A DNA stretch of 62,456 nt, the filler included, from Choristocarpus tenellus KU-1152 (Eukaryota > Protista > Phaeophyceae): the NCBI GenBank assembly GCA_964200185.2. It is 7 parts of 7 records of this genome, joined end to end, with 100 filler letters (N's around TTAATTAATTAA, not from the genome) between each part and the next. Parts side by side here need not be neighbours in the genome. Positions count along the whole stretch, not along the records: positions 51,462 to 56,001 come from CAXNAD020014093.1; positions 56,102 to 62,456 come from CAXNAD020008320.1; 5 more parts are not named here. One strand, written 5' to 3'. The notes under the pieces were generated by a model. The model ran no database searches, had not been told where the DNA came from, and saw nothing but the letters and a program-made list of their open reading frames with translations. This document shows, in pieces, positions 51,753-62,456 of this stretch. A program made the translations under genes and the position numbers. The first letter of the stretch is position 1, and every line of letters begins with the position of its first letter.

Positions 51753-54700
51753 CTATACCACATTCACCTCGATATGGTAGCCAAAGTCCGTCACCACCGT
51801 CTTCGCAACGAAAATGGTGGCCTCATCGCGTCCCATTGCCTTTCCCTGAGGATTGATGGCCTCTTCAAAACATCGCTGCGTCTCCGTTGGGATGAGGGTC
51901 TGCCCCAAGGCTTCCGGTAGGCAGGAAGGGCCTATCACACGTTCTTGAACGAGAGACGTGGATACCTGCAACATCATGTGCGTACATGTGACAGCCCAAC
52001 CATGTGGCATTGAAGCGGGTTAGCCATGCGATAAGGTTTCGTCACGTATGTAGGGGTTATTTCGGCGTTGGTTAAAGATGTTGTGGTGTACCGCAGCACG
52101 TTTGTTTTTTCGTGTGGGGAAGGAGGACATTACAACGTACTGACGCTCACACACAAAGTCTTGGGGTCTCGCGATTTCCAGCGGTAGTGTGGGTAACCGC
52201 GTGCACCGTGTTAGCAAGGTGTAAACATCGACAAGGTAACATCACTACAACAATCGCACGCCCGAGAACTATCCATAGGGAACCAAGACAGACAACAAGT
52301 AGGAAAGCAATGGAAAAAAAGCCAGCACACCCTTCTTACCTTCCACTTTGCCGTCCTTGTAGGCTTGGCCGAAGGAGGTGTCCATTTTCTCTTTCACCTC
52401 GTCCTTTGACGCCGCGTTGGACACGAACACCTCCACCCTCCTGCTCCGTTCAAGGGCCGCCTCCACCACGTTGTGCCTCTCTGCGCTGAAGGAGACGATG
52501 GTGTCCCCAGGATTCGTGTACCTATCATAGGAGGGCAGTGTGTCAATTATCCCGAGGAGTACATTAGATTGTGCACGGATTCATCATATCGCAATGTATG
52601 AGTAACGTACCGATACAGGGCAACACACTCTTGGTGCGGTTTGACGCTTAACGTACTGATTCAGGGAAACACACTCATGGTATGGTTTGACACCCCTGAA
52701 CCGTCACCCAGCTCGTTGTGTTACTGTTTAACGATCTCCTACACCTATACAAAAAAAGTCGCTGCTCCTGTGAAGAAGGGTGTGTGTGACGTTATTAACG
52801 AACCTGTTAACGAGGAAGTGGAGGGCCCTCATGGGGATGTACGTTTCAGCACCTTGGTACTCGACGTCACATATGGTTTGGAGTACCGGAGGAGATGCAT
52901 CACTCCCGTGGCCAAAGATTTCGTCGACGGTTACTCACTTGTTGAATGTGAACTCTGTTCCATCGTTGTGCACGAGAAGAATCATGTCCAGACAAGATCT
53001 GAGATGGTTATCAGTGCCTGATTGAGGGCGCCCCCCCCCCTCGTCTTGAATATTAGGGTTAGGGGATGATCCTCCACAACCAAGCCCACCTTCGACGCCA
53101 TAAGAGCCCTTGAATGAAGAGAAGGCGGGAGCGAGCGCGTGGGTCCGGCATGCGTCAAACTTGACAGTGACATCACACAAGTAGTTATCGTAGGGATTCC
53201 TGAAATCTCATACCACTAACATTATAATTGTACAATTGACGTGGAATGCAAGGCAAATAACAAATGCAAAAAATGCAAATAATAGGAAATTCTGTAATAG
53301 AAGGAAAGACGGCAAAAATAATGTAGTGAAGACAAGTAACACCAGCATGCGATTCGTGTACAATGAAACAAACAACTACGAAGGACCCGGGGGAAAGAGC
53401 AAGAGACACAAAAGGAAATAGAAGGTACGAAGAACATGAAACAACATGGGGAAAGTGAAAAAGAAAGACACGACATAATCCGCATCTCCTGAAAGGCCGC
53501 ACAATATTCGATGGGCACACGGACGGACTGATAACGGCCATGGCGGATCGCAATAGTCTCCCGCAATATACTCCGTATTCCAGCGCTGGCGAACTCTGCA
53601 ACTCACCGTTTAGGCGGTGTAATTGCGCGGCCCACGGGTGGGGCAGAAATAGCGCGATGGTGCCCTGAGGATGTATCTGCGCCGGCAAGCACTTAAGCAC
53701 CTGGCGCAAGTGTGTGTGTTGGTCGCCTCTTCGTCGTTGAGGAGTCTTGGCTTGGCGGCAATGGACACTGTGGCAAGCTTTGGCGCATTGCAGAAGGCAA
53801 ACTCTTTCAGTCGATCTAAGGGTACAGTAGGGTCGAGAGGGCGAAGGTCGTGTAGTGCAGTGTTCTCAGTCCTGGTTCGACATCATGACACACGACACAG
53901 TAGACAGACAGCACGACAAGAAGGACAGCGTTGTAAGCAACGGTTCAGGCAATCGTACCATTAACTGAGGTCCTGACAATATTTCCACGGTATCCCCAAA
54001 ATGTCAAGCCGTACCCTCCACAATGCCAGACCCATCAGATACATCTCGTGGAAGGAGGGTAGACGTCAAAACACTGAGTTCCATGGCCCATGGAAACCTC
54101 CAAAAAATCGACACATCCAACGCACAAAGGACGAGCAATCCGCATGATGTACAAGCAGCCAAGACCTACGTGTATACCAATGCGAAACCGAACACGCAGA
54201 GACGACTTGTATGTCCTTATAATGTGCAACCACGCCGTGACCCACATGCACTTCTCCATATCCACCGTTTCGCTGCATGAGGGGGGACGTAAAAGGCTTT
54301 GCCTGGTGGGTGACCCGCCCGCGCTCCTTGCGTGACCCTTACCCTTGCCCTTGCCCTTGCCCCGACCCGCCGCTTCTTTCCCCACCGATCCAGACCCTTC
54401 ACTGCCCTTCTGTGCCATGGGGCAATTGATACATAATCGATCCTTGTGCCTCTCGTCGCCTACAATCTCTACGTAGGCACATTCGCCCATATGTGTGATG
54501 GAGCACTTTGGGCATGAATACCTGTCACGCGTGTCATCGAACGAGAGTGTTAAACAGACAGTATAGTATTTTTCCAAATCATTAATTGGGTGCAACAACG
54601 CAATGCGGGGATGCACGGTTACGAAGGACCACGAAATTGGCGGCTCAAAACAGCATGAAGTAGTACAGGTGAGATACAACAGTCGGTGATGTACATGCAT

Positions 54701-56001
54701 CAACACACAATCGGACTGTGGCAAATAAAGAGAAGTGGGGGTAGTGACTGCAGCGCCACACACAGAGGGACACCGCAAGTTCCACCGGTTCAATGGCGTG
54801 CACCGCTTAAAAGAGACAACGTAGTTAGCTGTTCGGGGGATTGGATGGAAACCAATCTTACGCCATTAATTATCCGCCATCCCCGGGTGCACCGTTACAA
54901 CTACATTTCTCACCGAGACGTAGGTGGAGGATTGCATTCAGTACAGCAAACGCACGTGTTCCACCCTCCATGGCCGTTTTGTTCTTCTTCCGCACCAGGA
55001 ACACTGCCAACAGAACCCCCTTCGCCCGTATCTTCCCTGTCTGGCAGCCCATCCCCTCCCTCGTCTTCGTCCCCTCCTTTATGTTCGTCCCCTCCCTCGT
55101 CTCCATCCCCTCCTTTGTGTTCGCACTCTCCCTCGTCTTCTTTCTCACAGCCATCTGATGCCGATCCGTTATTGCTCTCAACGTCTACGCCGCCGCCATC
55201 ACAGCCCCGCCCGCTGTGAACCCAGTGGAGGTTGACCTGGTTGAGGACATCCTGGTATTCCCCATCCCAGGTGGTGAGGTAAGCGCGTAGAGTCAAGTCC
55301 TCCTCAAGAATCTGGTGGTGGACACGGCGGAGGACGTTGTTGAGGAGAGGAGGGGACGATGGTGACGTCAAAAATGAGAGAGTGTAATGGAAGTACGATA
55401 GCATGTCAATTGAACAGAGCAAACGATACGGTTGACGCGATGAACGTGTTTAAGGGAGGCGGCTTGCGGGGCGAAATAGTTTGAAAGAAGTCCATGTCGA
55501 GGACGCCAGCCTGTCTGTAGGTTACAACAGTGAAACGTGTTGGAGGCAGAAACGAGGTGGAGATTGACCAAGATCGTTGTCCACAGTTGAAGGAAACGAT
55601 TGGCTATTCCCGCTATTAGCAATGAAAGAGTAGAACTGATAAAACAGCATCGTTTGTTGTAGGGAAGGGCAACTCTGTCTGTCTGTCGCTCATGATGATG
55701 ACGAAGACCCACCACCAATCCTACCAAGCGTCAACTAACTGTTGTTGTACAAGCCATTTCAGCTGTAATTACGAACACAGGAGGCACACTCACGGCTCTG
55801 ATCCGTTGCAGAGGTTTCATTCCGACTGCCGTGGAGATATTTTCCCTCAGCTACCGGACGGGCCCCGCTTGTTGGTCGCCAGATGAAACCTTCTGCAGAA
55901 GTTGGGCCACCTCCCTCTTCCTCTCCTCGTGGTGGGGTATGACCCAGAGGTCGTGCATATTGCACTTCTCATATGCGAGTCTGTCCATTTCCCTGGCAGC
56001 C
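51753..56001 (-). pseudogene. Spliced, lesioned gene: acidic region + PHD-like zinc finger + beta-class (N4C/N6A) DNA methyltransferase-like domain; 5' end cut by contig end
   Basis: Minus-strand exons about 54585-54178, 53815-53607, 53199-52804 and 52521-52340 join in phase through GT-AG introns. Two frameshifts lie in (AC)n and G10 tracts, with stops at 52935 and 55851. Motif order matches N6_N4_Mtase by eye (see findings). Confidence 0.55.
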
Positions 56002-56101
56002 NNNNNNNNNNNNNNNNNNNNNNNNNNNNNNNNNNNNNNNNNNNNTTAATTAATTAANNNNNNNNNNNNNNNNNNNNNNNNNNNNNNNNNNNNNNNNNNN
56101 N
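56002..56101. other. Artificial contig-joining spacer
   Basis: 44N-TTAATTAATTAA-44N. Confidence 0.97.
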
Positions 56102-58858
56102 GGGGGGGAATCTCACTGGTGTAGAAACCCTTGACCCATTATGGTCAAGAAAAACCAAACGATTTGGATCTTCTACCTTCTGGCATTTCCTCCATTGTTT
56201 TCAAGACAGTGGTAGAACTGATGACCAAGGATCTACGAGGAGAGCTATCACCAAGGAGGTTTGTCCACCCTATTTTCAGCGGAAGTCGCCAGAGGATGAT
56301 AGTCCAGGAGGAAGAATCATTCCATGTGACGGAACCCAGACCTCGCCTCTAACTAGATGAGACAAGAGGATGGGCATTCCCTTCAAAGGAGGCTTGGGCA
56401 TTGAATATATGCCTGCCTCGGGAATGGCAGAGGAATGGGATGGGTGTGGGTGGGTGGGGGGGATTCCCCTTGAAACCTTGAGTTGTTTTAACATGACAGT
56501 GAACGGGTTGTGAATGCGCCATCTGCCATCCCAGGAGGAGAGTGTAGGCATTACATTATGTATATGCATACAAATATATTTTTTTAAATGGGGTTAGGAG
56601 TGGAGTATAGAAGATTAACTACAGGAATTGTAGCTCTCAGGAAAAGGACTGGCTGGATTCTGGTTGCAGATTGGCAGGGGAGGAAATATGCACTATGGAT
56701 ATCATGTGCTGTGCATTGGACAGGGAGGGTGTGATCATGCCGGAATATTCTCCTTGTTCAGGTAAGAACGATAAATTATGGTGTTCCTCCCCCCGCAAAT
56801 ATTATTGTGACTGGAACCTCGGGTTCTCTGGTGTGGACCTGGCATAATTGCAGAGTGCACATCGTTGTGAGAAACATACTCTGCAGACATTGCATGAGCT
56901 GGTATTAGCGCAGTAAGGGAGAGGGCAGTGGGAGCGGTACTGTAAAACATGAAATACTGAACTCAACAATGAGTACGGCATCTAGGCAACATGTAGTAGT
57001 GTCTTGATGAGTCAAGAGAGGTTCCTTCAATGACAAGAGTAGTCAAAAGCAACTGTTCATACCAGCACACCATTACCTTAAAAAACAAAATGAAAAAGAC
57101 TAGTGAACAGATGTCGATTTGAGTGAGAATGTAAGGGTTGAAGGGAAGATCTTGTAACACAAGTTTTCAATTTAGAGTGCTCCACATTTGAACAATGGAA
57201 AGCACGTTTCGAAAGGGACACCCAGGCCCAGAAGAAAGTAGTAATTACAAAGTGCAGGGAAAGATCCAAGACAGATATTTCTCCCTCTTGTGGCAGCTGC
57301 AGGTCACGGCGTGATTTTGATTCCATTTTGCTACCCCGATACTCTTCTGATTCACGAGAAAGAGGCTTGTACAGTAGGATACATCATCATTTCAAGAGTA
57401 GATGCAAGTGTGCTTTGCAATGCCTATGGCGATGACATTGACGTTTTGAGAGGTTTTGATTTGCTTGTAGTGGAATTTCACAACAGTAATTGTAACTTTT
57501 TTTTTTGGGGGGGGAGGAGGGGTAGGGGGATACATCTTGGTGGAAGTAAGGATGTGCAATACATGTAAAAATAGGAATTATGGTAACATCCACATACAAG
57601 AAACATATCCATTCCCAAGCATGACATGCCTTGAGTCTCGAGGTTTACATCATTTTTGCAGATACCAAGCAGTGCACAAAGGATAAGGTCTGTTGTGCAA
57701 TTGTTGCATCGTAGTCTACACCTAAAGAGGAACAAAAGCATCTCAAATTTTGTAGAAAAAAAAGATGTTGCTTGGAAATGTGAAGCTTAAGAAGGCTGAA
57801 AGTACATGTAAATACGAGCCTGTCATTATTATATGTACTACTCTTGCTTTGATTGTGATACAAATTGGTCCTCTTCTTTTTTTTTTTGTGAGTACCGAGT
57901 GCTGTGAGGTACAAGCAATAACACCAAGGGGGCTAGCTCAAAGTTAAGACACTCGAAACCCTTTCATGCACAACAATTCCAAGGAATGACAAAAGGAAAA
58001 AACCCAAAGAAAATTGAAGCAGCAGGAAGTGGAGGATGCCTCAACACAATGTGCAAGAGGTGTCCTCATTCCCTTCAAAATTCCACACGTCCTCTGTACC
58101 CACTTCTCTCAAGTGTGTCATACCTGCTAAAAAAAAGAACATTTTTAAGTTGAATGGTATAAAATCTACGTACTGTATGCGCATGTATAGTTGGGGTAGA
58201 GTAAAAGTTTTCTTTTGAACTCTGGGTCACTCTCTTCTCTACAAATATACGGCTATACGCTCTTTCCTCAGCACGGAGTATCACCAAAATTCATGCTCTG
58301 ACACACTGCTAACCTACTTAACAGAGAGATGTTGCATCTGTGCTAGAACACAATATATCTATCCACAATACCTACAAGGAAGATTAAGGCTCCAGGGTTT
58401 GGCAGAATAGAGGAGGGGAAGCCTCTCCTGGTCTCTCTGCTCCCCAAATTCAGGGCGAAAAACACGCAAGGTGAATCTTCATCAACAACAAACAAAACAC
58501 TGGTACAAACAAGAACGTGCGTTCACATACAGGCTCCACGCTCCGAATTCTACTACACAGCATTGATGGTCTCCCGAGACGAACAATCTCCAACCCAACA
58601 CCACCATTGGGAGGGGGGGGGGGAGGGAAACAGAAATAAACAAAACGAAAACACATACATTACTCTCACCCCCATACCTCTACACAACTATGTCGCACAC
58701 TTCGAACAGAGTATCGTTGTGTGCCCAGCAAATAAGGGTTCGAACTTGAATGGACAAAAACTCGGGGGGAGTTTCTCTTGACTCCTCTGCTTGTTTATAT
58801 CGCCCCAATCCCCAACCACAAAGATCCCAGGGAAGAATGCGTACCAATTTCTCCTCTT

Positions 58859-59662
58859 TCAGCACTTGGTTGTTGGCGGCTTCACTGGATCCTCTATCGC
58901 GTCTGCGAAGGGGAGGGTGGATGCGGGGCGCTGAGGTACGGTGGGCCCCTCCACATCCAATTTCAACGTCGAGGGTGCCAGGAAGAATGTGATACCTAAT
59001 ATAGCAACAATCATTGCCATCGCTGCAATAGTGGCAGTCTCAATGGCAACTTCAGGTGCAGAATCCTCCAGGCAACTCGCATTTTGCAATACGCAACATG
59101 CTGCTTGGTCAACCTCTCCTTGAAATTGCTGCAAGTCTGCCTTTGCCCCCACCATCGTTGCTGCTTCTGTAAGAGAGGGGTGTTCCTCTCTCGCCCCTTC
59201 ATTCTTTGCGGACACCAGTGAGACATTGGTTGGAGGGATCTCAATACAACCAGCTTCACGATGAGCCCATTCCTTGTGCTCTTCCTTCACATCCTTCTCG
59301 AAGACTAATTCGGTTGACGGCCGGTTGACACTATTAATACCCCCGTCACTTTCCCTTGCCACCCTATTCCTGGTCATGTAGCTTGCTTTCATCGCAGCGC
59401 ATTCCTCTCTTGACCACCAAACATCTCCCGCACAAGACGAGATAATCATTTCCTCGCGTGTCGGGATGAGCACAAGGCATACTGTTGTATTGAAGTGCAC
59501 GCGTCTCTTCTTTGAAAAGCTGCGCCTCCTGCTCGACGTGGTTGAGGTTGAGAAAGGAGGGGGGATGAGGCCTCCAGGAGGCCTATGGTGCCAGTCCGAA
59601 AACTCTGGCACCTTCTCCCAGGAACCAACCTTCCGCCAATGCTGCCTCTTTGACGAAAACAT
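58859..59662 (-). CDS. Uncharacterised 267-aa protein with an RVxF motif
   Basis: Long ATG-initiated ORF. KKRRVHFNTTVCLVLIPTREEM...DVWWSREEC...K resembles a motif recurrent in stramenopile hypothetical proteins; C-terminal hydrophobic segment. The 3' end could be spliced. Confidence 0.6.
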   Translation of the reverse strand: MFSSKRQHWRKVGSWEKVPEFSDWHHRPPGGLIPPPFSTSTTSSRRRSFSKKRRVHFNTTVCLVLIPTREEMIISSCAGDVWWSREECAAMKASYMTRNRVARESDGGINSVNRPSTELVFEKDVKEEHKEWAHREAGCIEIPPTNVSLVSAKNEGAREEHPSLTEAATMVGAKADLQQFQGEVDQAACCVLQNASCLEDSAPEVAIETATIAAMAMIVAILGITFFLAPSTLKLDVEGPTVPQRPASTLPFADAIEDPVKPPTTKC

Positions 59663-62456
59663 GGGAATTTAAGGGATCCCCTCTGTCGCAAGTGGTGGTC
59701 TCTGTCGCCAGTGCAGCTTGTGATATGTTCTATGTGCTTGGTGTCGTTGGCGGACAATTTCTGGTTTGACAAATTTGTATATATGGGTTTGCTATCTCCT
59801 CCTCTCATCGACTTGGCATCAGATGGTTCTGCAGCCTGTTCGCCTAAAATAGTAATGTTTCATTTATGAACGTAATTCAACTCTGGTGACATCTGGTGAC
59901 ATCTGGAAAAAGGACATAATACAAGAAATTTGGAGTTTGAGCGTTGATATGCATAGGTGATGACGTGTAAGACTTCCAATGAATATCCAATGCTTGAGTA
60001 TTGTTGACTACATCAACTACTTTTTCTTCATAATATTATCCTATTTCAATTTCGATACTATCTTGTATATGTTGGGATTTCGTTGAATTCTCTTTCAGAA
60101 TTTTTTGATCACTATAATGTCAACAATATCAATAAAATAATATTTCACATAGTGAGATAGATATATGGGTAAAAAATATTTGAATATTTCTAGTATCTGT
60201 CTAATTATCGAAGTAAAAGAAATGTGTCAATCATACATTTTTCATAGTTGAAGTATTTCGAATAATGATCGAATGATATACCGTTGTTCTCCAATCACAA
60301 CATAAATTTATAGTAAAAAGAGCAACAATATTCCACTTGACTACAACCTACAACTTCAGATTACCCCCGAAATATTGCCGATTTACTCGTAGCCCTCCGA
60401 TATTGGTGAAAAATCGGAAATTCTGACACACGAGTTGTTGTACAAGAGTATTGAAATAGTAAATAGATTATATATTCATACTTACAACTGTTACTCAAGG
60501 TTCCTTCTGGTATTGCTAACAGTTGTCGCATCGTTTATATATATATATATGTATGATCTTTGACAGTTTTCAGGTGTGTCATCATTTTTTATTGTAGTAC
60601 ATCGAATTGGGGTTATGTTAATAAGGGTAACAAAATTAGATACACAAAAACCAGCGATGATTGAGAGGTGAAGTTTGATGTTGCAGGGAAAAGCCAAACC
60701 AATATTACAAGGATCCTTGTAAAAGTAACAGTTCCCACATTAATTTATAGTAACCTTGTCATTTTCCAGATCTATCAGGTTGTATAATTTATTGCGTCGA
60801 ATTGGGTTCTTTCTAATAAGGGTGACAAAATTTGATACCAATCAATACAGAACGAGTGTTGATTGAAAGGCGAAGATTGAAGTTGAAGGATTGGTTTTGT
60901 ATGTTGTTTGTATTTGTGAAATTGGATTTCAATCTTGAATGTTAGGCGGCAGTAGATAGTAGTATCAATATTTTCTTGGTTCAAATTCAACTTGAAGTAG
61001 TAACAATAGATATTGATTGATTTAGACATTAAATATTGTATCATTTGTGTTCATTTTCATATGATATTGTTTTTCGATTTGTTCGAAAACACTAGTGTTT
61101 TATGTACAACCATCATTTTGTGTTGCAACTAACATTTTGGATGTCAGGAATATATACAACACTCTCATTTGTATTTGTAACCCAGACACTTTTTACCTTT
61201 CTTTCGAATATACATACAAGACAAGATGTAATCAATTATGGAAGAAAGGGGCATTACCACACTTAAAAGTAGTGTAGGAATGAATGTTTTTCTTTGCTCA
61301 CGAATTCCGGATTATTATTATTATTTTGCTCTATGCTTGCATTCCTCCCTATTCCCTTTCCTCCCCCCATTCTATCAACCCTTGTGACCAACCATTGTGA
61401 CCTCTTCGCCACTGATTTTTCTATCCCCTCCTTTCTTTCCGGTGTGCCCCCAACCAACCAGAATTCTTCCGTCCACAATACTCCTATTACTTCATAAACT
61501 TTCCCTTTTAAAATCTGACGTTTTTTGTTGGTAGAAATTCTTCTTGTTCCAGAAATAGAACTCGAAACTAACTTCTCATTGATAAGAGTTCCACTCAAAC
61601 CAATTCAATCCTAATATCTTTGTAGGAAGGATATTGATTCCCTTATTCTTGATACTATAATGCTTCGAATTACGTTAGTAATCATTGATGATGATTAGAG
61701 GAACATCGAAAAAGGGTTGGTATGATATTGTTCTACCAGGGTAAATAAAAAATCAGAAAATCATAACCACAATAAAAAAGGCCGACGTATGTTGAGTGTA
61801 TTGAAAACAAATAATAAAACAAAATCATAGCAATAAATTGGAAGACAAAGAAGTTTGAAGTTGAAGGAAGGATTGATGGAGTGGTTTAGAATCAGGAAGA
61901 TAGGGATGGAGAGGAGAGTATTGACTAGTACACTACAATTCTAGGGAGTGTAACAGAATGTGATGCTAACAAAAAAATCTCAGAAGCATACTTTTAGAGG
62001 CATCATTATCAACCCTGACCTTGAAGTGTACATTGGTAAAAAACAACTAGATTTGAATAGGATGAAGTTGTATTGATCACACAGGTTGTCAATGCGTCAT
62101 AAAAAGTTGTGTTCGCCTATAAGACATATTTATTTCATGGAAGACCCTCTCCGTTTGACCTACGAAAGGGTTCTGCTTGAACGGATTGCTGGCATTGGTG
62201 CATCAAACAATGCCTACTACTCACCAAATATGGTGACTACCTCCTACTCTGATTCGTCCTCTTATAGTAGGTTATCCATATTAATTAGTCTTGAATTTTG
62301 TACCGGTCGGAAGTGCATTTTACACGCGAATTTACACATGGTCACTAATAATACATCATTGTTCAGAAAGAATGGCGTAAATTGTGAAATGATGTTCGAT
62401 TAGACTCTTCCAACTCTATCGGACAGTTACGGTAAAAAAAAAAAAGAATAAGAGTG

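Overview
Eukaryotic, intron-rich draft sequence, most likely a brown alga or close stramenopile (inferred from a brown-algal-type LRR cap exon, a bipartite plastid-targeting peptide and TTAGGG repeats). The window is not one locus: six artificial 100-bp spacers (44N-TTAATTAATTAA-44N) join seven contigs (1-17004, 17105-20536, 20637-30188, 30289-46421, 46522-51361, 51462-56001, 56102-62456). Host genes are a complete 7-exon EamA/DMT transporter, a partial multi-exon callose/1,3-beta-glucan synthase (GT48), the 5' end of an LRR gene, ABCC transporter exon(s) and a 267-aa RVxF-motif ORF. Mobile DNA includes a decayed RLE-type non-LTR retrotransposon with a nested solo LTR, Copia and Gypsy remnants, and two related MITE families that share termini and nest in each other. 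The most unusual element is a spliced, lesioned minus-strand gene (51.7-56 kb) that I reconstruct by eye as a PHD-like zinc finger fused to a beta-class N4C/N6A DNA-methyltransferase-like fold with degenerate catalytic and SAM motifs. No CRISPR, rRNA or tRNA was seen. All homology calls are by-eye motif recognition, not database results.
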